Notes under the pieces: model-generated | What the model was told of the DNA's origin: nothing | What the model saw: only the letters and a program-made list of their open reading frames with translations | Database searches by the model: none | DNA from: Octopus bimaculoides | Taxonomy: Eukaryota | Direction of reading: 5' to 3' | DNA: 40,653 nt | NCBI RefSeq assembly: GCF_001194135.2 | Contig: NC_068991.1 | Location: 53,206,741 to 53,247,393 of the forward strand | In this document: piece after piece, positions 22,602 through 34,830 of the stretch | How the letters are laid out: each line of letters opens with the position of its first letter | Numbering within the stretch: position 1 is the first letter of the stretch | Program-made: the position numbers and the translations under genes

Positions 22602-22986
22602 GGAGGCGCAATAGCCCAGTGGTTAGGGCAGCAGACTTGCGGTCGGAGGACCGCGGCTTTCATTCCCAGACCAGGCGTTGTGAGTGTTTATTGAGCAAAA
22701 ACACCTAAAGCTCCACAAGGCTCCGGCAGGGGATGGTGGTGAACCCTGCTGTACTCTTCCGCCACAACTTTCTCTCATTCTTACTTCCTGTTTCTTTTGT
22801 GCCTGTAATTCAAAGGGTCAGCCTTGTCACACTGTGTCACGCTGAATATCCCCGAGAATTACGTTAAGGGTACACGTGTCTGTGGAGTGCTCAGCCACTT
22901 GCACATTAATTTTACGAGCAGGCTGTTCCATTGATTGGATCAACTGGAACCCTCGACGTCGTATGCGATGGAGTGCCAACAACAAC
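22602..22986 (+). mobile_element. Full-length family D tRNA-derived SINE with an (AAC)n end
   Basis: GGAGGCGCAATAGCCCAGTGGTTAGG head, B-box-like GCTTTCATTCCC; homologous to 31640-31863, tail shared with 28087-28407. Confidence 0.85.
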
Positions 22987-23021
22987 ATACATATATATAC
23001 ACCAAATTATACATATATATA

Positions 23022-23159
23022 NNNNNNNNNNNNNNNNNNNNNNNNNNNNNNNNNNNNNNNNNNNNNNNNNNNNNNNNNNNNNNNNNNNNNNNNNNNNNNN
23101 NNNNNNNNNNNNNNNNNNNNNNNNNNNNNNNNNNNNNNNNNNNNNNNNNNNNNNNNNNN
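23022..23159. other. Assembly gap
   Basis: Run of N. Confidence 1.
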
Positions 23160-23264
23160 TATATACATATAGACAGACAACAGAGAGAGATGGAGAGATA
23201 ATGAGATAGAGACACGAAGGAGAAATGGAGATAGTCAAACAGACAAGACAGAGGAAAATGGGTG

Positions 23265-23631
23265 CCGGTGTAGTATGTGATCTACATACATGTTTCTGGG
23301 ATAGCTTGTGATCTACATTAATTCAAATGGTATAGTTTGTGATCTGTGCCAAGTTTTTGATCTACATTTAAACTTCATCTATTTACTGGACTTCTGGTTG
23401 ATTTGGTATGTAAAACTTTTATGATTTAAATACTTTTAGTCCTGAGCCCATTGAAAGAAGTCGTGATGAGAGCAAAAGAATTTCATACACAGGTTATTTG
23501 AGAGAATTTTGATGAGAACAAAAGAATTTTACACACAGGTTATTTGAGAGAATTTTGGATGTAGATCACAAGCTAGTCTAGATTTAATTTGCTGTAGATC
23601 ACAATAGCATGTAGATCACATACTACATTGG
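23265..23631. mobile_element. MITE with TIRs and clustered subterminal repeats (possibly CMC/EnSpm-like)
   Basis: TIR CCGGTGTAGTATGTGATCTACAT / rc CCAATGTAGTATGTGATCTACAT (21/23); TGATCTACAT-like x4 on the left, GTAGATCACA x3 on the right; internal 46-bp tandem duplication at about 23465-23556. Confidence 0.8.
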
Positions 23632-25506
23632 TGTGAAACCTACCAATTCTAAACTATTCCATCTAAACTTACTCAAGCACCAACTTCTCATCAAAGCATA
23701 TTGTCAAATCTTTCTCTTGTAAACCCTGCTTTTCTGAAATTAGTCTCTTTATCCTTCTTCCCTCATCAACAGCTGACCTTCAGGAATTTAGAGTAAGCAT
23801 TGTTTGTATCAGTTGACTCATCTGATTTGAGAAATATGGAAAAGGATGTCAGCATTACTCTTCCAATTCAGACCAGCAGATAAAAAAAAAAAGTGAACAA
23901 AATAAGGAGAGCAACTAAGAAGAAAGTTGTAGTCATTGGTTTTGACCATGTGGCATAGTTTAGAGTGCAAGTATGATTGAGTGACAAAGTAGAGTGGAAT
24001 GTTTGAGAAAGAAGAATAAATAGAAAGATAATTACTGACTTGCTTCATCTTCCTGTAGTAGAAACACTGTGAAATGAAGCAGAGCAACACAAACTAGAAC
24101 AGCTCATACAAAAACATCTTCATAGCTTTAAAATAGTTAAATAATAGCTAAATAATATTGTAAGAGAGAAAAAATATGAAAATTATTTGCTATGGGTGAG
24201 GTTGTTGAATCTAGATATTTGTTTTTGACAATCAAGTTCAAGCTGCCATTAAAATAATTACATATAGACAAACAAGGAATATGTTGATCATTTATTAAAA
24301 AAGATCATTTATTAAAGATATCAAGCCAGCAGAGGGAATTTATTGAACAACTGTTTTACATTCATCATCATAACCATAATCCACAGTTCTAAAAATCATA
24401 GGTGGAACAAACACGACACTCCTTTACTTCAACGTGTTCTGAATAAGATGTTGCATTTTATTATAGATTAGTATTATCTCTGGCAACATTTCTGCACTGT
24501 CTCTTGCCTTGTGATGTCTGTCTTAAGCTGGTTTATGTGCGATCCATCTGGATTATTTGGTTGACTCATTAACAGTATTTGAATAGTATTTTTAGCATTA
24601 TGCATCACCACCCAGGCTTTTAATGCATGTCTGTGTTGTATATCTGGTTTGGTAAGCTATATGCACTTATATAACGAGCAGTTAATACTAAGGACTTTTT
24701 TTATTGAATTATTGCAATATGTAAATGATATTATCTGAATAACACAATTAGTTCCAGAGGTAGATAAATGGTAGCTACAGTTCATAGTTGTTAGGATTCA
24801 ATGCTGGTGTTTGAGAAGTGTGATAGTGAATAGCAATGAAACTTGTATAATAGAATTAGAGGTTACACAATTATCAGAAGAAATTAATTGTGTATTCATT
24901 GGATGTGCAGCATTTAGTACAAATGAATTTAGGAACACTGCCTAGAGATAAACATTACTTTACATAGCATGTATCATAAGTTTGTGGTTCATATCCTACC
25001 TGCATCATTGGTATACCTCTTTCTGTGTTTTAGTTGCTCAGCTATTTCCACAACATACTTTGAATTAACCTGAAGACTTTCCATATTCATTTTTATACAT
25101 GTCACTATTCTACAATATCCCAATTTTAACCAATACATAATATTCTTTGTCCTTCTATATGATGAGAAAAATCATTTGTTTCAAATAAAGGTGAGCAAAT
25201 CTCCACAATGTTATGACTGTAGCTGCCATGTTGTTACCATCACCACCACCACCAGAGTTAAATATATTATACAAAGAATGGATCTTATTGACATCTAGTG
25301 AGAAGCTATCTGGCCAAACTAAAGTTATTCATGTTGTAAATTATTTAACCACATAGCTTGCATTAAGGAGTTAATTGCCTAACACCAAATTTATTGTGTC
25401 TTTCTCAGTTGTTGCTGAAATCTACTTTTAAGGCTTGTATCTTAACTTGTACCCAATTTTGTTTCAAATCTTCCTGAATTCTTTTGTTCCAGTGCTGAAG
25501 AATCTG

Positions 25507-26628
25507 CAAGGTGTATTCCAGAAGTTTTGAGTCCCTTTATTGAAATTTTAGTATATCGTTACTACACATTTAATAAGCTGATCTGCTAACTCTTTTATTC
25601 CAGATTGAAGGAGACAACTGTAATAGTATTTTGAACATGCCTTGCTAAACACTGCTTGTCACAACTGACTAGTTTGCAGAATGCAGTCAGAACATTTGAA
25701 AGCTTGCCATGCAATAAAGTTTTGTGTTAAACTGAACAAAATCTCTATAAAAACTTACAAAATGCTCAATACTCGTACAAGAGGTTCACGGATGGTAGAG
25801 AGGTGGTTAGAAGTGGTGTAAGGTTTGGGAGGGAGAGGAACATCAGAAAATCAGAGCTGGTTGAGAAAATCTTCAATTTTCTAGATGAAGACCATTGTAT
25901 GTCCATAAAGACAATAAGCATACAATCTGGAATTGGTGTGGCAATTGTACACAGAATTATTCATGAAGATCTGCACACATGCAAAATTTGTACAAAGTTT
26001 GTTTCTAGGGTGAAGACATGTTGGTGACAGCAGGGAGGTGGTTGAGCTCATGACTTCCAATCCAAGAGAACTTGAGTTTTTGGTGACTTGTGGTGACAGT
26101 TGGATCTACTGCTATGATCAAGAGACAGAGTCCCTAGTGAAAGCCTTGTTCCCCTAGAGCTTGTTCCCTTAGAGCTAAGAAGCTCCTTGTTCCCCTAGAG
26201 CTAAGAAGGCCAGGCAAAGCAAGTCCATCGACAAGCTCATAATGATACCCTTTTTCAACAGCAAGGGTATCATCTACATCCGCTGGGTTTCCCTCTGGCC
26301 AGATAGTCCACAGAGAGTACTGTGTAGAGGCTAACTTTCCTTACAGTCTAGACCTTGCTCACTGTGACTTTTGGTTGCTCTCAAGCCAAAGGAGGATCTC
26401 AGGAGGCAGTTGCCTTGAAGACATAAAGATGAAGAAGGCTGTGACGAGGATCCTGGACACTTTCACTTTGGAGGACTTCTGTGGGGCTTTCACAAAATGG
26501 CCAAAGAACTACAATAAGTGCACTGATATGAGAGGATCCTACTCTGATGGAGATTACTGTTTTGTACTTCTCTGAAATTAATAAATGTGTTTCCTGAAGA
26601 AGTCTTAAAATTTCTGGAATGCACCTTG
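25507..26628 (+). mobile_element. Defective mariner (DD34D-type) transposon
   Basis: TIRs CAAGGTGTATTCCAGAAGTTTTGAG vs rc CAAGGTGCATTCCAGAAATTTTAAG (22/25). Relic motifs: HAIKFCVKLNK, IIHEDL..KFVSRV, TCGDSWIYCYD, KKARQSKS..PFFNSKG, PYSLDLAHCDFWL. Confidence 0.92.
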
Positions 26629-26850
26629 TGTTTTCCCCAAACTGCAATAATTTACAAGTTTAAAAATACTTTTATAGAAATGTAATCTCTCAGTTGATTA
26701 GTTGTTCCAATAGTAAAGAAGAGAATTGTCTGGTTAAGTGTTGAGAAATTCTATGAAAGGAACAAAGTCATAGATATGAATTATGACTTCTTTTCAATAA
26801 CTGGTTTGATAAGTTATATGCATTTATACAATAAACCCTTATAATACAAC

Positions 26851-27230
26851 TTTTATCTTTTATTTGTTTCAGTCATTAGATTGCAGCCATGTTTGGGCAC
26901 ACTTTGAAAAATTTTAATTGAATGAACTGGCCCCAGTACTTATTTTTGCTTCTTGGCCTGGTACTTATTCTATTGATCTCTTTTGCCAAACTGCTAGCTT
27001 AAACACTTCAACACCAGTTGTCAGGCAGTGGTGAGGAACAAACACATACCAACATATGTATATACATGATGGACTTTTTTCAGTTCTTGTCTACTACATC
27101 CACTCACAAGGTTTGGTTGATGTGAGGCTCTTGGAGAAGACATTTGCCCAAGGTGCCACACAGTAGGACTGAACCCTGAACCATGCGGTTAGGAAGCAAA
27201 CTTCTTACCACACATCCACACCTGCACCTA
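26851..27230 (-). mobile_element. Family C SINE
   Basis: Colinear with 4420-4876. Confidence 0.8.
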
Positions 27231-28086
27231 CTAAGGATTTTTAGGTTAAATTACTGAAATAATAGGGTAAATCATTTTATCTGAATGACTATCAGTTCTA
27301 GAGATAGACTAATGAAAGTTTACATAATTTAAAGGTAGACTTATCCATCCAAACTCAAAGCTTTCTGTAATTCAGCAACTGTTCCTCAACAACAAGAATA
27401 AAGAGAAGTCCATAACAGTTTGACTGAAATGGCTGGAATCCACCTTTAAACTGTGCTTCTGTTTTACTCAAGTTGATTCATCATTTGTGAAAAAGAGGTC
27501 CAGAAATGTGTCAAGTATTAACAAAATTTTTTCTCATTAATGGTACAAATTCAAATATTTGGAAAATTTGTCTGTTTTAGCTAAAATCTGGCTTTTATAA
27601 AAAGATGTTGGTCACATGTGCCAGAACAAACTATACACATCAAACCAAACTTGTTCTTTTCACTTGACACGTTTCTGTTATATACTCATATTGATTATTT
27701 ACATTTGTTTATTTTTGTTTTTGTTACTATTTAATTAACTGCAAACTTTTTTGTTAGCTTTGCTTGAAATAAACTCAAATATATTGTTAATAAATTGTTC
27801 AAAGTACATTTTGTGTTTAGTGCCTAAACTTGAACATTTTTTTCCAATTAATTGCCAAATAAATCCTTCCTCCAAAAGTTTCATGTTTTTGTTGTCTGAG
27901 CTGAATGTTGGTGGAGATATCTGTGAGTAGAGATCAAAATATAAAAAGCAGTTTTATTCATAGAGACTGTCTGATAGTAATCCTGCATTCCTAGATGAGT
28001 CTGATACACAGCTTCAGAAATTCACCAGATACATTAAGTTTTCTTGCTCTGAGCTTGTTCTTGTGCTAGATATTTACCACTTACAT

Positions 28087-28407
28087 GAAGGTGCATGGCT
28101 TAGTGGTTTGGGTATTTGGGTCACAATCATAAGATTGTGAGTTCAATTCCTGGCCATGTATTGTGTCCTTGAGCAACACTTTATTTCACAGTGCTCCAGT
28201 TCACTCAACTAACAAACATGAGTTGTACCTGTAATTCAAAGAGTCAGCCTTGTCATATTCTTTGTCATGCTGAATCTCCCTGAGAACTACATTAAGGGTA
28301 TGCATGTCTGAGGAATGTTCTGCCACTTGCATGTTAATTTCAAGAGCAGGCTGTTCTGTTGATCAGATCAACTGGAACCCCTTGTTGACATAACTGACAG
28401 AGTGTCA
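28087..28407 (+). mobile_element. Hybrid SINE: family E head and core with a family D tail
   Basis: 28087-28215 resembles about 19864-19995; about 28226-28407 resembles 22800-22977. Confidence 0.75.
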
Positions 28408-28611
28408 GTTTTCCGGTCACATTTAATTTTCCTCAGTGATCATTTTTTCAAATTTGTGGACTCTTCTGCTAATTCAACTTAGCTTTTTATACTTGTTGGT
28501 TATTGATGCTAAATCATAAGATAGTATCAATAACAGTATGACCATTTTTTAAAATAATCTCATTGTATTGTATCAATAAGTTTATGCTAATATCATTCAT
28601 CTCTATGTAAA

Positions 28612-28813
28612 GTAGCAAGCTGGCAGAAATGTTAGCACACCAGACAAAATGCTTAGTGGCATTTTGTGTCTTTTGAGTTTAAATTCCTCCACGGTTGACT
28701 TTGCCTTTCATCCTTTCAGGGCCAATAAAATATGTACCAGTCAAGCACAAAAGTTAATATAATTGACTTACCCCTCTCCTTAAATTGCTGGTCTTGAGCC
28801 AAAATTTGAAACC
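28612..28813 (+). mobile_element. Family B SINE
   Basis: Colinear with 8349-8553. Confidence 0.8.
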
Positions 28814-29399
28814 AATATCATTCATCTCCTTAAAGAAGGAAAGATTGCCTCCATATTAATAAACTTACCTGTTTTGGAACAAGTTGCTGACAACATTGTT
28901 ATGTTATACTACAATCTGATTTGGAACAAAGCTATTATGCAATGATTTTCCTGTATGGAGTATAGAGAGCTACCAGGGTATCATGCTTTATTTTGCAGTC
29001 TGGTTAGTTTAACATTTACTACCCATACAGGTATGGAAAAATGTTTCAGGACCCTACCCCAGTGACCTCCCAGGAATACTGGGTGGCAAAAGTGGACAAA
29101 AGGATAAATAGGTAATAAGCAGAAATGGTGGAGCGCTGACCTGAATTTATATTATAAAACTTTCAACTGTCAAGAACAAATAAAATAAGTACTGCTTGTG
29201 CATTGTGGTAAATGCTGTTCCTTTTCCCTGCCATTTTGTATATTTGTAGCCTTGCGTTAATCTAAGAAATGAATATTTACTGCCATTCTGTGTATATTTA
29301 CGTTAAACAGGTTTCAGAAAGGATGAATAATCTTTTTACTTTCTTCCTTGTCCTTTCAGTGAAAGAATATATATATTGGATACATACATATACATATAC

Positions 29400-29430
<31 letters not shown>

Positions 29431-29578
29431 TATATGATATATATATATATATATATTATAATAATATTAGGGATAAAATCCAAAATTACAGGTAAAAACT
29501 CAATTATATATGTGACAGTGGATTTTCATCGATGAGTTCATGAACCTTGGTTCTTTTCCCTAAAACTATATATATATA

Positions 29579-29810
29579 TTTATTTCTTTATTGCTCACAG
29601 GGGGCTAAACATAGATAGGACAAACAAGGACAGACAAAGGGATTAAGTCGATTACATCAGTCTCAGTGCTTAACTGGTACTTATTTAATTGACCCCGAAG
29701 GATGAAATGCAAAGTCGACCTCGGCAGAATTTGAACTCAGAACGTAACGGCAGCCGAAATACCGCTAAGCATTTCGTCCAGCGTGCTAACAATTCTGCCA
29801 GCTCGCCACC
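29579..29810 (-). mobile_element. Family B SINE with the alternative 3' tail; CpG-rich, so apparently young
   Basis: Same head and core as other B copies; tail TTATTTCTTTATTGC..ACAAACAAGGACAGACAAAG is shared with 35205-35422. Confidence 0.85.
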
Positions 29811-29875
29811 CTATGCATGACAGTTGATTCATCATTTGTGAAACTGGCATGACAGTTTTTCTGTTCCATGTTCAT

Positions 29876-30306
29876 AGACCACTTGTCTGGAATGCCACAT
29901 ACTGTGACACCTTCTCTGGCAGCAGTCTGGTGTGTTTGGTTGCCAGCCCAGGCTTCACTGCTTGTCGAGCTGAGAAGGGCAAATTGTCAAAGTATTGGCC
30001 ACTCTCTAACTGATTTGTGGTTGAGCCTGTGGCAGTAGAGACCTCCAGCATTCTTGGGTCCGCACTATGTCCCTGCTCATTCCTATCGGGGCAGAGATAG
30101 CTTTCCACAAGTCCATGTCCCATGAGTTGGAGAGGCTGTTTCAGTGTGGCTCCCTTACTATCCTTCAGGGCAATGCCTTTTCCATTTCCATGAGGCAGAC
30201 TGACAAGTCTTTTCAGTTATAGCTGCTGTAATCATTTGTTAAACAAATAAGATTGAGAAAACAATGGATTAAAGTACTTCACATGATTGGTAAAGAAAAA
30301 AAAAAA
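29876..30306 (+). mobile_element. 5'-truncated CRE/R2-type non-LTR retrotransposon: restriction-like endonuclease C-terminus, then a short UTR and A-run
   Basis: RPLVWNATYCDTF..AEKGKLSKY..N*FVVEPVAVETSSILG, frameshift, then RTMSLL..ELERLFQCGSLTILQGNAFSI..*. Stops at 30011 and 30220; A-run at 30296-30306. Confidence 0.8.
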
Positions 30307-31639
30307 TAAAGTCAAAATAAATTATCTTTCACACTGATAAGTATTTAGATATCATGTTCTCTACTGTCACAGTATATCATTGTTAATAATGCCTTGATTG
30401 GCTGAAGATTGACTGCATCCTTTGAAAGAGCATCCTGTATGTTCTGATTAATTTAAGAATATTGGTAATGTATGTATGAATCATCAGCTGATAAATATGT
30501 TGAGTGTAGATCAAGAATTTATTCAATACAAAAGAAAATACGTTGACCATCTGTGCTTTTATAACCATGAGAAATACTTTCACAGTCGAATATATCCTGT
30601 ATAAAAGGAGAAAAAATGTCAATGGTTTTGTGGCAGTTAAATAACTCTTATTAATGTTGAATTTTTTAATCATTTTTTAAGAGTTGTATTGGAGGAAATT
30701 AAAAAATACTTTATGGGTTTGATGAATTGTTATTGAAACTATCCTGGGGACCTGCATTATCATCAAAACTGGAGCTTGGTAAGAATACTATCGACAGACG
30801 AATTTTGTTAAGGGCACTCAATGGCCAACTGATAGTGTGAAACCAGCAGCATGTTAGGGCTACCATTAATGAAAAAAAAAAAAAAAAAAGAAGAAAACTT
30901 AAGCTGTTTTATTGTTACCCCAGCACTCATAAAAAGTGCTTATGTTATTTTATTGTGGTACTCTTGTAGCCAACCATATCACCTGAATAACAATTATACA
31001 TCTGCCATAATCATAGGTGAAATCGTTTAATCAGAGAAAAATGTTAGCAAATTATTGTAGTTAATACTTCTTGTCTTCTGACACCAACTGTTTTCTTTTC
31101 TTTTAATAACCACCTTTCTGAATGTGTGAGTTGTTTCATGAAACAGGTTTGAAAGTAGATATACTGGCATACCAGAAATACAAATAGGATTGGCTCATTA
31201 AAATATCATAGCGTACAGCAGTAGGTCAGTGGACGTATTTTTAAAGAAGTGTGGTACACCTATAACATTTTGAACCTCAATGAGATTATACCAAGCTCTG
31301 AAGTAGTTTACTTTTCATTAGAAAGTATGTGATAGATTGCATAGCTGAAGCAAGCTGACAACCTTTAAGAATGAAATAGTCAATATTTACATTTATGTAC
31401 TAATTTTAAATGCTCTAATTTCATTAAAATATGTTGGCACATACTATTTTTATTCATTCAGTCATCCATCATCATCAACATTATTCAATGATTTGAATTT
31501 ACAAAGTGCTGTTACATAATCTAGTATGCACAGCTTATTCTATTCTCAACTCTTTTAAAATCGGTTATTTCCCGCTTCTTTCTCCTGACCTAAATATTGA
31601 CTTACTTTCTATTCTTAATACAATACTTCAAAAACTATA

Positions 31640-31863
31640 TGACACAGTGTGACAAGGCTGACCCTTTGAATTACAGGCACAACAGAAACAGGAAGTAAGA
31701 GTGAGAGAAAGTTGTGGTGAAAGAGTACAGCAGGGTTCGCCACCATCCCCTGCCGAAGTCTTGTGGAGCTTTATGTGTTTTCGTTCAATAAACACTCACA
31801 ACACCCGGTCTGGGAATCGAAACCACGAGTGCGCTGCCCTAACCACTGGGCCATTGCGCCTCC
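31640..31863 (-). mobile_element. Family D SINE, 5' part only
   Basis: Reverse complement closely matches about 22602-22838 with a short deletion in the head; the 3' tail is absent. Confidence 0.85.
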
Positions 31864-32016
31864 AATGATAATAATAAGAACAAGAAAAAGGTGGGAATTA
31901 TGAAATCAATAGTGAAATAAATTTTGTCATTCAATCTGATGAGCAATTTATAACATGAGCTTTTTTCCTAATTTAAGACATCAAGTCCTTTGATTTGTTT
32001 TTCATTTTTTTAAAAT

Positions 32017-32389
32017 CTTTTATTTGTTTCAGTAATTAGACTATGGGCATGCTGAGGCACCACCTTGAAGAATTTTTATTCAAACAAATCAATCACAGTA
32101 CCTAGTTTCCTTTTTTAAACCTGATACTTATTCAATTGGCCTCTTTTGCTGAATTGCTAAATTACAAGGACGTAAATACACCAACACAGTCAAGTGGTGG
32201 TGGTGGGGGAAAAACACAGACACAAACACACACGGACATATGTATGTATGTATATTACCAAATCCACTTACAAGGCTTTGGTTGGCCTGAAGCTATAGCA
32301 GAAGACACTTGTTCAAGGTGCCATGCAGTGGGACTGAATCTGAAACCAAATGATTGGGAAAAAAGCCTTTTCACACACAGTCAAACCTA
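32017..32389 (-). mobile_element. Family C SINE
   Basis: Colinear with the other C copies. Confidence 0.8.
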
Positions 32390-33129
32390 CTTATTTTTTG
32401 CACATATTTTCACTACATTAGATATTACACATTCAACATGTCACTGATCTCTTTTGGAAATTGTCAGTTTATTTTATTACTTTATAACAGACCGCTTTTA
32501 TAATACATCATGTTTTATGCAATGTCATTTTTCATTATCAATAGAAGGCATTCCTAAACTTCTTTCAGTACATTAATTCTGATCTATACATTGTATTATC
32601 AAACCACCTACCTTGTTTCTTTAGCATTTACAGTTACTGGAGTGCACCTTCTTTTTTTCTATGTAATTTCGTGGGTGGTGATCAGGGTTGGAGGGCTGCA
32701 TACAACATGATATAATGTGTTCTTTGTTAGGTTGAGGTGATTAAAAGATAAAATTCACTGCTTGTGAAAAAAACACAAACTTAGGATCTAATGTAGGCAT
32801 CACTAAATTCTGAATATCTGTTTGTATTTCATAACTATAGATGAAAACATTGTTTCTCTGAAAAGAATTTTGGAATTTCATACCCATTCTGACTTGTTCT
32901 TGTCAGTGAGAAATGATTGTGTCTCCCTGAGAAAGTATTTTCAGGAAACAATCAAATAAAGCAGAAATGAAGGGTGTGTACTTTAACTATTTTTATGTGG
33001 AGAATGTATATGTACACATTTATGTATGTGTGTGTGTGTGTGTATATGTATGTATGTATGTATATTGATGGGCTGTACCAGAAATAATGTGCTTCAACTT
33101 TTCAAAATGAAGCCCACATTTCCTTGATA

Positions 33130-33295
33130 TAGGTGCAGGTGTGACTGTGTGGTAAGAAGCTTGCATCCCAATCACATGCTTCCAGGTTCAGTCCCACTGA
33201 TGGCACCTTGGGCAAGTGTCTTCTTCTATAGATTCAGGTTGACCAAGCCTTGTGAGAGGATTTGGAAGACAGGAACTGAAAGAAGCCTATTGTGT
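33130..33295 (+). mobile_element. Family C SINE head and core, followed by a (TA/CA) microsatellite
   Basis: AGGTGCAGG..GTGGTAAGAAGCTTG..GGTTCAGTCCCAC..CCTTGGGCAAGTGTCTTC. Confidence 0.85.
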
Positions 33296-33439
33296 GTATA
33301 CACATACACATACATATACAAATACAAACACATATACATATATATATACATACATACACATATATATATACATTTACACACACACACACATATATGTATA
33401 CACGCACATATATACATATATAGATAAATATACATATAT

Positions 33440-34020
33440 CAGTAGCGAAGGGTGATTAGAAAACTAGAGCATGCAGTTTACCCCCATCCCTCACTGAGGT
33501 TGGGGGTAGGGGTTCCAAGTGTTCCACCTTCCCCATGAAAGTGTAGTATTATATACACTTTGAGATATGGGGAGTCTGAAAATGAAAATAGTTTCCCCAC
33601 CTACAATGCACCATTTTGAAGTAGTCAATATGACATGAGAAACACACGTATAACTTTGGAAATCACTTTCATCATTTGACCCTTCGACTTTGAGAAAAAA
33701 GTCAAAATTCTATTTAAAGTTTGGAAGAAAAGTCAACATTCATGAACTCTTGAAGCTGATTGAGAGAGTACCAAATTAAGTGAATGGCTATCACAATGTA
33801 CAACTTCTTTCAGTGATGCAGCTTTCTTGAAGCCTTCCCTTCTCATCAACAAATCACAAAACATGTGACAGTTAAGATTTCATTTGAAGGTCTGTAGTCT
33901 CATCAAACATAACAGCAACAAATGCTGGTATTTTTTTTTATATCATTGGCTTCACTTGTAACAGCTATACAATTAAATGATTTCATTTTGAATATCACTT
34001 GAAAGTGAAATTCATTTTCA
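33440..34020 (-). pseudogene. hAT transposase relic, internally deleted
   Basis: SSDIQNEII, FVAVMFDETTD (DETTD at 33890-33904), LSHVL*FVDEKG, VHCDSHSLNLVLSQSA (33772-33798), FFQTL..FFSKS; a CAGTAGCG TIR-like end at 33440. Confidence 0.78.
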
Positions 34021-34627
34021 ATGTCACTTCAAAACTGAGAAAATGTGTTCTTATACTGACAAACTAACAGACATGGAAAACAGAAAAATTTGTTCAGAAT
34101 GGGTCATCTCATCATTCACTTAGACTATTCATAATACTTTCAATCAAAATAACAATGACATTCGTTGCTGCCCACTTCGGTTTTGATTTTCAGCTTAAGC
34201 TTTGGTTTCTCTTTTCTGAAAATGATAATACTCTTCTTACCTGGTTCAAAGTTGGGGAAAGTAGAGAGAAAACTGAACTAATTGACCCTTTTATCATCCT
34301 GGCAGTGACTGAAAGCATGAAAAATTCTACTAGGTTATAATCTTTTTAAATGAATCAAAGCTTTATGCTAATAGATAATTTAGGTGCTTACGTAACCTTT
34401 CTTAAATAACTTTAAATATTTAAAATTAAATTTTAAAGCATTGACATGTAAAAATAGATGAAACCTTTACTCATTAATCACACACACACAAATTTCCGGT
34501 TTCTTCTTTTCACTCAATGTGTGAAGCCATCAAGGAAACTCAAGGGTCACATGACTGAATTCAGGTCTTAAGAAGGGATCAAAAATACTCTCTCCATTGA
34601 TTAAATCTTTTAAGAAAGCAAGTTTGG

Positions 34628-34830
34628 GTGCATAGTGAAAAGTTTTCTTCCCAACCACATGGTTCCAGTCCAGTCTTCTACTAGAGTTTTCTACTACAGC
34701 CTCAGGCTGACTAAAACTTTTTAAGTGGACTTGGTAGAAGGAAACTGAAAACAAACCCATCATATATGTGTCTGTGTGTGTGTGTGTGCTTGTCCTTCAC
34801 CAACACTTGACAACCAGCGTTGGTGTATAG
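34628..34830 (+). mobile_element. Decayed, truncated family C SINE
   Basis: CCCAACCACATGGTTCC..TTCTACTACAGCCTCAGG..GAAACTGAAA..(TG)n..CTTGACAACC. Confidence 0.65.

Noticed and set aside
29872-30123. 83-aa minus-strand ORF as a gene
   Set aside because: It is the antisense of the CRE-like endonuclease relic.
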